A stretch of 64,000 bases of DNA from Octopus bimaculoides (GCF_001194135.2 NC_069007.1:11555691-11619690), one strand, 5' to 3'; shown: positions 23,385 through 36,418, counted from the first letter of the stretch. Translations and numbers: made by a program. The notes: generated by a model not told the origin, from the letters alone.

Positions 23385-23397
23385 GCCTGCCTGTCTG

Positions 23398-23436
<39 letters not shown>

Positions 23437-23455
23437 GCCTATCTATCTATCTATA

Positions 23456-23490
<35 letters not shown>

Positions 23491-23510
23491 ATATATATAT
23501 ATATATATAT
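23385..23510. repeat. (ATCT)n/(TA)n microsatellite
   Basis: Visible in sequence. Confidence 0.95.
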
Positions 23511-24289
23511 ATAATCCCTTACTATACACACACATATATACACACACACATACATACATGAACTCCCACATACATACATGCACTCACACACATACATGCA
23601 TACATACACATACACAGACATACGTATATACATACATGCACTCGCACATACATACATACATGCACTCACACACATATATACGTACACACACACATACATA
23701 TATACATGCATGCATACATACATACATACATACATTCACTTATATATAAATCTTTTTGTCTGCATTAGTAAGAAAATGGTAAAAACTCTCAAAGAATATC
23801 TCTACCAACACGATGCTTCTATCCATGCCTCACTTAGACCTGTTCTGTGTCTTAAACCTTTCTTTTCTTTTTATCTGACATGACAACTCAATTTCATTCT
23901 GGTCTTCAATGTCTTTATAACAAAATGTCTCTGATATAAAAACCAGATTATTCAGAGAAAAATTCCAACTTAGAATTGTAAAATATAATTACTCCACATT
24001 TTTCTCAGACCCCCAAATGGCTTTCTGCTCTTCCTTGTTTTCTCCATTCACCCTGCTTCATTTCACCATTCATTAATGTTTATTTTTCTATACAAGCAAG
24101 TATTAGAAGAGAGAAAGGGACTGTGTTTTGTAGCAGGATTTTATGGCTTGACACTTCTTATTGCCAACCCTTGTATCTGTTATTTTTAACTGGTTCTTGT
24201 ATTTATGGGCCTTCTGTGCATTGTTAGCAAGGAAGTGTTCCACCTTATTGTTTTTGTAACATACTGTTAGTTTAAGTGAAGGTGTATGC

Positions 24290-24530
24290 CTCTGTGGTTG
24301 AGCATCGGGCTCAAAATCATGAGGTAGTGAGTTCGATTCCCAGACTGTTATGTTCCTCAACAAGACACTTTATTCCACATTGCTCAAGTTCACTCATCTG
24401 TAGAAATGAGTTATGACGTCACTAGTGCCAAGCTGTATCAGCCTTTGCTTTTCCCTTGGGTAACACCGATGGTGAAGAGAGTGAAGGATGGTATGCATGG
24501 ACAACTGCTGGTTTTCCATAAAACAACTTT
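24290..24530 (+). mobile_element. SINE family S4
   Basis: tRNA-like B box gagttcgattccc followed by a CORE-like segment. Confidence 0.7.
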
Positions 24531-24729
24531 GCATTAGATTATTTCGGTACATCTTGCGTGTAATTTGTCAAGTTTCAGTGGGGAGCACAATAACAATAAC
24601 CGATATTCTTTTATAAATTTTATTGTAAAAGTGAAGGTAGCAAATTTACTGATTCCAACTGTTACATCAGCCAGACAAGTACAACATAACACTCTCTTGT
24701 AGGCTGCTCGTTAATTTAAAACAGAGAGC

Positions 24730-25205
24730 AATTGCAATAATATGCCATGGAACAAAGCTAGATAGGAAAATACTGATTTCAAATTTTGGCACATGGTCTT
24801 CAAATTTGGGTGAGAGGGTGCAAGATGATTACATTGACCCCAGTGCTCAGCAGGTACTTCTTTTATTGACCCCCACAAAAGGATGAAAGGCAAAGTCAAC
24901 CTTGGCAGAATTTGAACTCAGAACGTGAAGATGGATTAAATGCTGCTAAGCATTTTGCCTGACCAATCTGTCAGCTCACTGCATTTAGACAGAAAAATAT
25001 TCTTTTCTACTCTAGCCACAAGACCCAAAATTTTGTGGGAGAGGGATAGTCGATTAGATAGACTCCAGTACACAACTGGTACTTAATTTATCAAACCTGA
25101 AAGGATGAAAGGCAAAATCAACCTTGGTGGAATTTGAACTCAGAATGTAAAGGCAGACAAAATACCACTAAACATTTCGCCCGGTGTGCTAACGTTTCTG
25201 CCAGC
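24730..25205 (-). mobile_element. Two tandem SINE S2 copies
   Basis: Two reverse-complement S2 cores (24780-24975 and 25005-25205). Confidence 0.8.
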
Positions 25206-25335
25206 TCATCATCTCTGATAGGAAAATATTAACAGCAAAACTTCTATACTTTATAGAATTCCCCACAGAATTTGACAATTGATTATGGAAGCAATATCCA
25301 TCACAAAGCAATGCTACACTTGAAACACAACTTAC

Positions 25336-25407
25336 ACATGTTACAAATGCAAATCCAACGATATTGAACTGTAATGCTCCAATGGTCAAGTTCTGACCAT
25401 TAGAAAT
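25336..25407 (-). CDS. Candidate 72-nt exon ISNGQNLTIGALQFNIVGFAFVTC
   Basis: Acceptor ttatgtttatacag, donor gt|gtaagt, phase 0 to 0. Product not recognised. Confidence 0.3.
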
Positions 25408-26384
25408 CTGTATAAACATAATGTACTCTCTATAAAAAGGGGACAGCACAGATGTCAAAATTACTCCATTTCCTAAATATTGCTTGGAATTGTTAATAAA
25501 GATGGATTTGGATACTCTATGGTTCCTAACAAACAACAAGGATCTGATATAAAAATATGAGAACTCTCTAAGGAGAAGAGATTCAATTGGAATATAGTTT
25601 CTTTTGATATGTTTATTATCCGGTCATGCTGCTTGCATGGATTTCACTGATTCTGTCACCAATCAGTTCTATTGGAATTGGGAGCCTGAGTCAGGATGAA
25701 TCTCTTATTAGCTGATTACACAACCATTGATGCTGCCCCTAAGGATGCATTGCAGTTACTATTTTGGTAGAGTTTGTTGATCCTGACCGTTGATCTTCTA
25801 GAATCCTCCACTCAGCATCAACTTTAGAAACCCCATTGGCTCAGTTGAGCTCTTCTGCTGCCTCCTTAAAATCCACCATACCACAGATCCATGACTCCCA
25901 TATCCCTGGCAGGGTGGTTGAACAGGTGCTATGCCTTGCCAAAGGGCAACCCATAACTATGCAGGGTACAGTCATTACTCCATGGGATAGTTTCAAGATG
26001 TCTGCATAGCTGCATTTTGATATGTAATCTGTAAATATTGATGTTATGGTGGGGTGGTTTTGTTGGTGAGAGTTAATGTTTTGATCAATATCACAGAACT
26101 TTCATAACTTGTTTGTGAGTGGATTTAACTATGAAACTACTTAAAGGTATACTTATATAGATGTAACAGACTTTATGATGTTCTAAGAAGTAATTCATGG
26201 TTGGGTGGCTTATGCTAATATGTTTGAAATTTGCATTAGTGAGAAATGAAGAGCTCTTTTATGGGTGAAGGAGTTTGGTTTGTTTTACCGAAATTTTGTA
26301 TTAAACTAATTAAAGATTTTTGTTTATTCTGTCATTGGAAACCATATTCTTTATTTACTCAAAATGTTTGAGTATGTTTATTTC

Positions 26385-26568
<184 letters not shown>

Positions 26569-27444
26569 TTTTTTTACTCCTATGCCTTCAGGTTAATAAA
26601 TACCTGGTAACTTCCATATCAAGAATTTTATCCTTGTCATGGAATTTTTATGGAAAAATGCAAAAATAGTCTCCTACTGTCTTTCTCTGAATATAATTTT
26701 ATAAGACACATCTTGTCGGCTAGATACAGAAAAGTTTCTCACACCTGCCTGGACACACAAAATGTAAATTACCAGAACAAATGTCAAAATACTGTGTCCA
26801 AATTTCTAAAAATTCTGCCTGTTCATTCTCTTCGGCTGGTTGTTTATTTTATCAACTCCCCAGAAGGACTAAAGTCAATGTGACTTTCAGAACAGAAAAA
26901 CCTCGAACAAATAGCACAAAAGACATCATTTACAAATACTCTGATGTTTTGTTAATGAATTTAAGAATGAGTGTGTGATGAGGAATTAATTAATGCACCA
27001 CAGCGATATAACTGCGAAATGTGTGAGGAAATATGTAACAGAGAGAATGTCTGAAAATAAATTTAGTTTGGAGAGGGGTTAACTCTAGAATGATTCTCAC
27101 ATCCAAGAATAAATACATGTTCTAGGAGGCAATTAAATAACTCACACTCTTCCTCTCACTCGATCTCTCACTCGCTTTCGTTTTCACTCACATTCTCTCT
27201 CACATACACTCCTACATCTATCTACCCAGAATCTATCATTAAATTTGACAGTAAGTGAATGATGAGACATTAAACAACATACCACACAGCATATGACTGT
27301 ATTACTTTCTGTGTAAGAATATGTATTTAGACAAGATTTTAAAATAATTTCGGTGAAATGATGATGACGGTGGTTTAACTCCAAAATTAGTCTTAGGTGT
27401 AACACTAAATACTGATTCTCACAGAGCATTAGTACACACACATA

Positions 27445-27605
<161 letters not shown>

Positions 27606-28225
27606 GGCAATTGGTCTGAAAGGAAGTGCCGTTCTTCATAAAGATGTTATTAGTTGATGTATTACTCTAATCCACACACTTGGGCAAGACATGTGAACAG
27701 TTACACCAAGCACAATCTACTCATCAATTTTATTCTTAAACAGATAATCAATATTTTCATGTAATCCTCTCTATTTCTTATCTGGAAATATCACGGTGAG
27801 CTGGCAGAGGAAGGGGCAGTGGTAGGAGGAGGGAATAGACGCCTGTGTTTGCTGGAATATATGTATATGTATTTTCTGTGTATATGTGTGTGTGTGTCTC
27901 TATATATATACATATGTGTGTGTGTGTGTGTGTGCATGTGTATATGTATGTATACATGTGCACATTTTTGTTGCTACTATTTTTGTCTTTCACTCTCTTC
28001 CACCTTTCACTGTCATCTTGTTACTTTATTTCTTGTCTTCTCTCATTAACTCACTGCCTCTCTCTCTCTCTCTCTGTCTCTGCTTATAGATATATATGTA
28101 CGTATTCATGCATGTGTGTGTATACATTCATACATACATACATACATATATAAATTTCTATATATACATATGTATTATGAAGAGAAATAACTCAGTGGCA
28201 TATATTTGAACAACAAAAATGAATA

Positions 28226-28262
<37 letters not shown>

Positions 28263-28450
28263 AATGATATATGATTTTCAGTCTGTCTTCCGGTTAGTTT
28301 CCAGGCAATTTATAAAAACTTCAAAATAAAACAGTATGTAAAACATTGTAAAAATATGTAAATTAATATACTACCATATGTAAAACTAAATATAAATCTA
28401 TATAAATTAAAATAAAACTATATAAATTATATATATATATNNNNNNNNNN

Positions 28451-28589
28451 GTTTCGTACAAACTTCATTTATTCATGTAGTGAGAACACTACATAAAATG
28501 AAATTCCATTATGTAGCTGGGGAGTACATTTTCCTTGCACATTTTATGTAGTATTCTCACTACATGAATAAATGAAGTTTGTATGAAAC
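28451..28589. mobile_element. Hairpin/MITE with ~50-bp inverted arms
   Basis: 28451-28500 pairs with 28540-28589 with 2-3 mismatches. The left end abuts an N gap. Confidence 0.7.
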
Positions 28590-28808
28590 GTACATACTGC
28601 TATAACCTATTGAATTTTTGTTGCTTTTCTTCAAATTTTATTCACCAAATCTCTTGATTTTGTTTTTGGTTTTTACCCTTTCCAAATTCTGGTGCCTCAA
28701 ACATTTTAAGTACCACATTTAATCTTTTGATTAAATCTATATTATTATATATATCCATATATATATATATATTCATTTATATATATATGTATTCATATAT
28801 ATATATTC

Positions 28809-28839
<31 letters not shown>

Positions 28840-28894
28840 AATAATAAAGGAGTTACGACGCAAAAACGTATCTATTCAAATGAACATATTTATC

Positions 28895-28975
28895 TTCTTC
28901 AATATATATTTCAGTATAAAGAATTCATTAAGAGACTTAATAATTCAAAATTTCTTTACACATCTTCAGTAATAA
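28895..28975 (-). ncRNA. Possible hammerhead-like relic
   Basis: Minus strand reads CTGAAGA-t-[gtgtaaagaa/ttctttatac plus attaag/cttaat hairpin]-t-GAAA-tatatat. Stem I is not formed. Confidence 0.3.
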
Positions 28976-29254
28976 ATATAACACCAGAAAAACTACATTT
29001 GGTTTAAAAATACAAACCGTTCATGGCGAAAAAATTTCACAATTACAAAAACCGAACAAAATTTTTAAAGTTTTAGCAAAAAGAACGCTATTACCTACAT
29101 GCACGCATCCGCGTGTGCGCCCGTACACACACGCACACACATGCACACTCACATGCATACACAAACAAGCAAAATTCACAAGCCATGAACACATACACAC
29201 ACATACACATACACACACACATACATACACACACAAATGGATATGTAGATGTGA

Positions 29255-29625
29255 GTGTGGCTATGTGGTAAGAAGTTTGTTTCCCTGCCACGTGGTTCTG
29301 GGTTCAGTCCTACTGCATATTATCTTGGGCAAGTCTTTTTTACTATAGTCTCAGGATGACCAAAGTCTTGTGAGTGGATTTGGTAGATAGAAACTGAAAG
29401 AATACCATTGTATGTGAGTGTGTGTGTGTGTGTCTGTTTGTCTCCCACTTCCACTTAGCAACTGGTATTGGTGTGTTTATGTCCCTGTAACTTAGTGGTT
29501 TAGCAAAAGAAACCAATAGAATTAGTATCAGGATTAAAAATATAAGTTCTAGGATTGATTTGTGTGACTGATACTATTCTAGGCAGTGCCCCAGCATGGC
29601 CACAGTCTAATGACAGATGCAAGAT
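29255..29625 (+). mobile_element. SINE family S1, near full length
   Basis: Homologous to 9450-9879. Confidence 0.8.
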
Positions 29626-29698
29626 AAGAAATAAAGTAAAATTAAAGTGTACAACGCTATAAAGCAATTTATAAACTCATTAATTTGATATTAATCAA

Positions 29699-30040
29699 TA
29701 TGAAGGGCATTCGAAAAGTATCCAACCTTTGGACATAAAAAAAAGGTACAGCAATTTTGTACTTTCCACAAATTTTATTTAATCACCTTTAGAATGCTCC
29801 CCTTGGGAGTTTACCATCTTCTTGCAACGGTTCCGCTACTGTTGGTAACATCTCTTGAATGCCTTCCATGGAATGCTATGGAGCTCATAAATTTTCTCAT
29901 AATTTGTTCTTGCAACTTAAATGGCTTCTCTTTCAGTGTGGTTTCAGTTTGGGAAAGAGCCAGAAGTCACATGGGGCCAAGTCAGGAGGGTAAGGAGCCT
30001 GTCAAAGAAATGATGTGTTGTTCTTGATCTGGACAGCTTG
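29699..30040 (-). mobile_element. Mariner transposon 3' fragment
   Basis: TA plus a TIR-like tgaagggcattcgaaaagtatcc. Minus strand reads PYPPDLAPCDFWLFPKLK (YSPDLAP-D motif) and a C-terminal ..GEHSKGD*. Confidence 0.85.
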
Positions 30041-30043
30041 GAT

Positions 30044-30646
30044 TACGAGGTGTATTCAAAAAAGATATCTGACTTTATTTTTTTCACTGACACTCTCCGT
30101 ATGCACAAATTCTCTGTTAAAATGGAATACAGTGATCCTGTTTTTATTCCCATTTTGTGAGTAATTTCCTGGATTCTTACACGATTGCCCTCCATGATTT
30201 TTCACCAAACCTTCTCCATCAGCTCCTCATTTCAGATTGTGCATGGCCTGCCTGAGCATGCTTTGCTCTCAACCGAGGTGTGGCAATGTTTGAAGCAGTT
30301 ATACTTCACTTTGGTCTGAGTTTTGCCCATGACATCATCACCAAAGGCCTGTTGAGTCTTCTGGATGGTTTGATCTTGAGTATCAACAAGCTTTTCGCAA
30401 AACTTCATGCAATATTTCTGCTTAATGTATTAGGTCATCTTGTGTGAAAACGAAAATCTGATGAGTGTCCACTAAACATCTATATTCTCGACATGATAGA
30501 CAGGAACTGATGTGGCCTACCAATGTGTAAATTTTCATGTATGTGCAAGAAGGCTGGCATCACCTTCCACCCAAAAGATTTTGACCATGTGGGATTTGTT
30601 TTGGAGGGAAAAAACATTGTCGGATATGTTTTGAATGCACCTTGTA
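30044..30646 (-). mobile_element. Internally deleted mariner element with both TIRs and TA TSDs (N-terminal HTH region only)
   Basis: TA-cgaggtgtattcaaaaaagatatctga ... tcggatatgttttgaatgcaccttg-TA. Minus strand reads QKYCMKFCEKL..QQAFGDDVMGKTQ..SGRP..ILTENLCIRRVS. Confidence 0.85.
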
Positions 30647-30689
30647 TACAACAATCTATAGTGGGATGGGAATGTCTGGGTGGTGGTGG

Positions 30690-31200
30690 TGGTGGTGGTT
30701 GTGGGTTTCATGAGCCAATTTGGTTCCTTAGAGAAGAGGCCATTATAGAACAGTAGAAGAGGCAGTGAAAGGACACAACATAGCTGTGGATCAGAGGCTG
30801 GAGTGTGTCTGAGAGTGCTAATCAGTTGCGTGACCATTTTTCTGGATGGGATCTTGGATGTTTGTATGTATAACAGCATCACCATCCCAGATGCGAATGC
30901 TCCATTGTGGGCCACACTTGTGCATTCTAGAGTATCAATAATTGTTGGGGTCTAAAGTATCTTCTGTCCCTTACAAGAAGGCCAGTGATTAGGATGTGGT
31001 ACTAGTTATGTCAAAGATGTACTTTCACCAGGGGAGTTTCTCATCAGGCCTTGACAGGTCATTGAGTTAAAAAACCTTGGATGACTAAGGTTTGAGCATT
31101 ACTGAGCATGAAGTTGTGCACATACATTTGTAGGTCTTGTAAACACAGGTGGAGGAAAGCATCTTTAAAACTAACCTGAGATCTTTGTGATTCTTCTGCA
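30690..31200 (-). mobile_element. CR1/L2-group LINE RT C-terminal relic
   Basis: LPW*KYIFDITSTTS..RRYFRPQQLLIL*NAQVWPTMEH..LFYNGLFSKE..LMKP resembles the recalled pattern YKAQVRPxMEY..LFYRYYNGLCSEEL; many stops. Confidence 0.7.
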
Positions 31201-31242
31201 TTTGGCCCCACATAATTATCTCCCTTTATTGGAATGCATTGT

Positions 31243-31605
31243 TACTTCCACCTTAGCGAAGGTGGAGGTATTGTTTTCAGTTGTGTTCGTTTGTTCATCC
31301 GTGCACAAGATATCTCAAGAACTGCTGGATGGATTCAGATGAAACTTTTAGGGACGTTTGACTTCGTAACTGGCACAAACGGATTAAATTTTGGGATTGA
31401 TCTGATACTGAACAACAATTCTGGATTATTTTTCCTGTTTTTTTACTTAATTTTTGAGAGTGGTGGGGTTCATTTTTAGTATTCTTGTTTGTGAGAGCAG
31501 TTGAGTTTGTTTCAGATATTCTCATTTTCAAAATTATCCCTGGCTAATCATTGAAAAGATGTTGGTGTTGCCTTGACAGAGGTTTGCGCTCTCTGAGTGC
31601 TTGAT
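31243..31605 (+). mobile_element. Non-autonomous Helentron/Helitron-associated (HINE-like) element
   Basis: 5' 12-bp hairpin tacttccacctt-agcg-aaggtggaggta, gtttgt-type internal repeats, 3' end gccttgacagaggtttgcgctctctgagtgc. Family assignment is from recall. Confidence 0.5.
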
Positions 31606-32224
31606 TTTTTGTTTTTTTTTTTCATTTCTTTTCTTTGTGTTTACAGAATTGTTTCTCAAGATTGTTTTCTCATATCTGCTTCACCATCTTTATAAAATAT
31701 CCTTTTAATGTTTTCCTCATCCATTACATTCATGGAAATAATAAAGAACTTATCATCATCACCATCATCATCATCATTAAATGGAAACATCTTTTGATGG
31801 AGATAAAATATAAGTATTTCTGTCTCACTTTGTTTACATTAGATTCAGAAAGTCAATAAAGCTGGGTGTTGGTTAATTTACTAAATATTTGTCTAGTTTT
31901 TCCTGCTGGATTAGGACTTGTCAAAGAAAGGTGTTGGTTTTCTCATTGTTATTTGAATATTGAAGAAATATAGAATTCTAGAGAGGCGGAGGTAGAGGCA
32001 ATGAAGTTTGGCTCTTGTAGGTCATTGGGAGGAGGAATGGAATTTCTTGACCATATATTTTGTGGAGGGATGGGCTAACTAACTTCCCCTGTGTAGACCC
32101 ATGATCTAATAAGACATTAATGAGACCCAGGATTATTGTCCCTTAAACTCTTCTATATTAGTGTAGGCCACATTATTGTTGAAACTGTTCTTTTCTTTCT
32201 TTCTCACTCTGTTGGTGTTTTATG

Positions 32225-32336
32225 TCTATCTATCTATCTGTCTGTCTGTCTGCCTATCTATTTGTCTGTATATCTATCTATCTATCTATCTATCTATTTA
32301 TCTATTTGTCTATCTATCTATTTGTCTATCTATCTG

Positions 32337-32378
<42 letters not shown>

Positions 32379-32610
32379 CATCTATCTACCTACCTACATA
32401 TCTCTATCTATCTATCTATCTATCTATCTACCTACCTACCTACCTACCTACATATCACTCTATCTCTCTCTCTCTCTCTGTATCTATCTACCTGCCTACC
32501 CACCTACCTACCTACCTACCTACCTACCTACCTACCTACCTACCTACCTACCTACCTACCTACCTACCTACATATCTGTCTGTCTATCTATTTATCTGTT
32601 TGTCTGTCTG
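32225..32610. repeat. Compound (ATCT)n/(ACCT)n microsatellite
   Basis: Visible in sequence. Confidence 0.95.
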
Positions 32611-33464
32611 CCTTAGTCTCTGCTTCAGCATATTCTTGTCTGCAATAGCAAAAACAAAGAAATGTATATATAAACAGCTACCTATAGTCATCACTCTTTC
32701 TCTTTCATATATGTGTGTGTATGCGTATGTGTGTGTATACACCTCTGAACTGCTCTACCTACTTACCTACCTATTTATCTGACTCACTTACTTTGCTCTA
32801 ACTTACTTCCCCTCCCTCTCTCTCTCACCATCTCCATCCATTACCCCCACCTCCCAATCATATTACATCAAAAATGCTATCAGAGTTTAGACTTCAGCAA
32901 AGCGAAAGATTGAAGATGTAAGACAACAGATTGATGTAACAGCAGCAGCAGCAGCAGCAGTAGCGCTAGAGCTTGAAATATCGATACTTCAGAAAGATAT
33001 CACTTAGTGTGATAAGTTTAATGGTGTATCATTTACATAAAGATAGTGATTAGAATAATGGCACAAATGGATCTTTTGAAGTTAGAGTTTGGCAATAACG
33101 GTCGATTGTTGGTAAAGGATATCTTCATGATAATATCTGTGTCGTGGCGTTATCCAGCTGCATCATGACGATAGTCAACTGCACCTTGATGTTATCCTGT
33201 TTGTTTGATAATATAATATCAATGTCTGTCACAAGGATATCGAAGTCTTTGTGATAATATCCATGCATGCTCTGATCACTATCCATTCAGCTGTATTGAT
33301 ATCTATGTCCAGTGCGATGATATCCAACTTTGTTTGGGATAACATCCATGGTTATCAAGGTGAAATCCATATCTACTGTGATGATATGCAAGTTTGTTGT
33401 GCTGTTATCCATGTTTGCTGTTATTGTCTATATATTTATGTTTGTGTCATGTAAAAAGCATTAT

Positions 33465-33700
33465 TGTGGGTGCTGGTGCCACTTGAAAAGCACTGATGCT
33501 GGTGCCACTTAAAAACTACCCAGTTCACTCTGTAAAGCGGTTGGCATTAGGAAGGGCATCCAGCTGTAGAAACCCAACCAGAAACAGACTATGGAACCTG
33601 ATATGGTCCATGACCTTACCAGTGCCATGCACTGGGACTGAACCCGGAACCACGTGGTTGGTAAGTAAGCTACTTACCACACAGCCATTCCTGCGCCTGT
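33465..33700. mobile_element. SINE S3 fragment (+) joined to SINE S1 head (-)
   Basis: ttggcattaggaagggcatccagctgtagaaac followed by a reverse-complement S1 head. Confidence 0.7.
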
Positions 33701-34344
33701 GCATGGTACCAATATTGGTCTTTTGTTATCTCCATTGTCGGGTTCATCATCCAGAGATCCACCTTCTCAGGTTATCAATTTCTGCTTTAGGGATATTTCA
33801 GTGAATTAAGGTGTTACTGTTGGTGATGTGTCTTCCTGTTGTTGTGATGTTTTTGCCTAAGGGTTAAGGTTAACATGCCCAGTACTGTGCATTCCGTGCT
33901 GTTTTCAAATAGTGTGAGGTACTGTGGATGTCTCACACCATTATTAAATGTATGCTGCAGATATTTTAAAATATAATTTGATTCTTTCAATGCAAAATTC
34001 AGATATAACTACTCGAAATTTCATTACTCTTTACCAAAGAAATTATTTCTATAGAGCTGTCTGTCTTTTGTTGAGGAATGTCATGTTTGGAACTATTTTC
34101 AGTTGAGATATGTCAAGTTTATTGAGGCAATATGACTAACAGAAAATACCAATTCTGCTTTTTGGCAAATATTTTACATCGTTACTGAAATAACTATAAA
34201 ATTTATTTAATTTTGCAATCGAAAGGTTAAGACTTAAGATATAATCTGTACCAATTCTTGAGCATCAGAACCTTCGTAATTGTCGATAGTTTACCAATTT
34301 ACAATTAGGATAAATAAATTCAATGCTTTTTTTTCATCATGTGA

Positions 34345-34530
34345 CAGACCAGGCTATCAGATGTTGTTACACATTGCTTGTCACAATGCGCTTTTGCATT
34401 GTTTAGCTTTCAAATGATGCCACCCTTGCTGACTAGGCGAGCAAGCCAACAATTCTGCCTGACTGAAGGGTGACTGGAGCAGTGTGAAATGAAGTGTTTT
34501 GCTTAAGAACACAATGTGCCTCCAATCCAG
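34345..34530 (-). mobile_element. SINE family S4 variant
   Basis: Reverse-complement CORE-like segment (gactggagcagtgtgaaatgaagtgttttgct). Confidence 0.55.
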
Positions 34531-34544
34531 TGATCATGAGTGTA

Positions 34545-34715
34545 TAGGTGCAGGTGTGGCTGTGTAGTAAGAAGCTTGCTTCCCAGTCACATGGTCCTGG
34601 CTTCAGTCCCACTGTGTGGCACCTTGCACGAGTGTCTTTTACTATTGCCTCAGGCTGACCAAAGCTTTGTGAGTGGATTTGGTAGACGGAAACTGAAAGA
34701 AGCCAGTCATATATA
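34545..34715 (+). mobile_element. SINE S1 5' half
   Basis: S1 head, truncated at its internal (TA)n. Confidence 0.8.
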
Positions 34716-34728
34716 TATATAAACTATT

Positions 34729-34924
34729 CTATAGTTATATACATAATTATAATAAGGGGTCAGCTAATTGTCTTGCCACGTAGTGAATTAGAAATAGATG
34801 CTAATGTCTTTTCAACTACCATAAAATTTTATGGCAGTTGGAAAGACATTAGCATCTATTTCTAATTCAGTATGTGGTGAGGCAATTAGCTGACTCTTTA
34901 TTATAATTATGTATATAATTATAG
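34729..34924. mobile_element. Spacerless ~195-bp palindromic foldback element
   Basis: Centre ccataaaa|ttttatgg at 34826/34827; ~97-bp arms; related to 6991-7168. Confidence 0.85.
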
Positions 34925-35131
34925 TATATTTTGTATAATTTATCTCAAAGGTTTTTTAATGTACTGACTACTCGGTAAAATTATTATTATCAATAATCTT
35001 ACCCTATATATATATATATATATATATATGTTTCTATTTGGATATATTTGGAGTACTTAAATGTATTCATGACTTTGCATCTACTTTTCCGTAGGTTTGT
35101 CTAAGTATTTCATTTATTTTCATTTTGTGTT

Positions 35132-35190
35132 CCTCGCTGATGAAGGAAGAATCCTTTTTGGATTAATACAGAAATCAGAACTGATTCAGG
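35132..35190 (+). ncRNA. Possible type I hammerhead motif
   Basis: cctcg-CTGATGA(35137-43)-a..aatcc/ggatt..a-GAAA(35171-74)-tcag aa ctga-TT-caggg. Core intact; base of stem II weak. Confidence 0.4.
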
Positions 35191-35389
35191 GATGGCTATA
35201 TTTTGATGAATTTCTGTTAGCTTGCTTTCCTTGTTTCAACACATGGTGTAATAATACAAGTGGAAATATTTAATGTGGTTAGACGATTTAGTGTCTGTTT
35301 TTCAGCATATTGGCAAAGAAAATTTTTTCTTTTGCCCTTATTTATAATTGTATTTATAATTTTCATCTTAAAAGGTAATTTTCATATCC

Positions 35390-35720
35390 TGGTCACTGAT
35401 ATTTACAGGGACGCAAACATACCAGCACCAGTTGTCAAGTGATGTTGAGGGGACAAATACAGACACACAAACATATACACACACATACATATATATAGTA
35501 TATACGATGGGCTTCCTTTCAGTTTCTGTCCATCAAATTCACTCACAAGGCTTTGGTCGGCCCGAGGCTATAGTAGAAGACACTTGCCCAAGGTGCTATG
35601 CAGTGGGNNNNNNNNNNAGGCTATAGTAGAAGACACTTGCCCAAGGTGCTATGCAGTGGGATTGAACCCAGAACCATGTGGTTAGTAAGCAAGCTACTTA
35701 CCACACAGCCACTTCTACTC
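35390..35720 (-). mobile_element. SINE family S1
   Basis: Reverse-complement S1 spanning an N gap. Confidence 0.8.
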
Positions 35721-36310
35721 CTATGTATATATCGCCAGTGTGTCACCATGGTATACATGACTGAGAACCATAGACTTTTAGTCTGCTACAACAATGGTAT
35801 ATTGAAGCAGATCAAGTTTGTTTACCATCTTGAATGTAAAACTGGAAGTAAGAACAAAAAAAGAAAACTTCCCTGCTAAATCTCGACATTACCCAGAATT
35901 CCCTTTAAAAATGTGGCACGTCTTTCACTGCTGACATACATCTTCATGAAAGAATTTAGTTTCATTAGTTTAATTCTGGCAATATTTTTCTTTCTCTTTC
36001 CTGTTTTTTTGTTTTTAGTCCCCTAACTCTTTAATCTACTGCCAATATAGTGCCAACATTCAGTTAATAATTAACTGAGAAGAGAAATTCTTCATTCTAA
36101 CTTGATAAAACTTTCTAGAGATAATTACAAAAACAATATTATGTTAGTACAAAATTTACAATTGGATAAACCTCCAGAGTATCATGAAATATCTTACTGT
36201 GCTGAAAATACAAATTATCTTCTTTCTTTATTATGATTATTAGCGTTATCATCACCATGAATATTTCCTATTTTTTCCATATTATTATCATTATTACCTT
36301 TATTATTAAT

Positions 36311-36351
<41 letters not shown>

Positions 36352-36418
36352 AATCACTATCATCAGAATTATTATTATTATTATTATTATCATCATCATC
36401 GTCATTATTATTATTATT

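Noticed and set aside
27744-27795. Plus-strand mini-exon candidates (27744-27795; 44025-44092)
   Set aside because: The splice sites are good but the segments are short, with no recognisable product or phase-linked partner, and such pairs are expected by chance.
31035-31055. CTGATGA-GAAAC on the minus strand
   Set aside because: There is no stem II, and it lies inside a CR1/L2 RT relic, so it is a chance match.
32136-32782. LSIY/PTYL-repeat ORFs of 146-186 aa
   Set aside because: Artefacts of tetranucleotide microsatellites.
35565-35660. Direct duplication of ~42 bp across the 10-N gap
   Set aside because: Identical sequence on both sides of a scaffold gap is a typical contig-overlap artefact.
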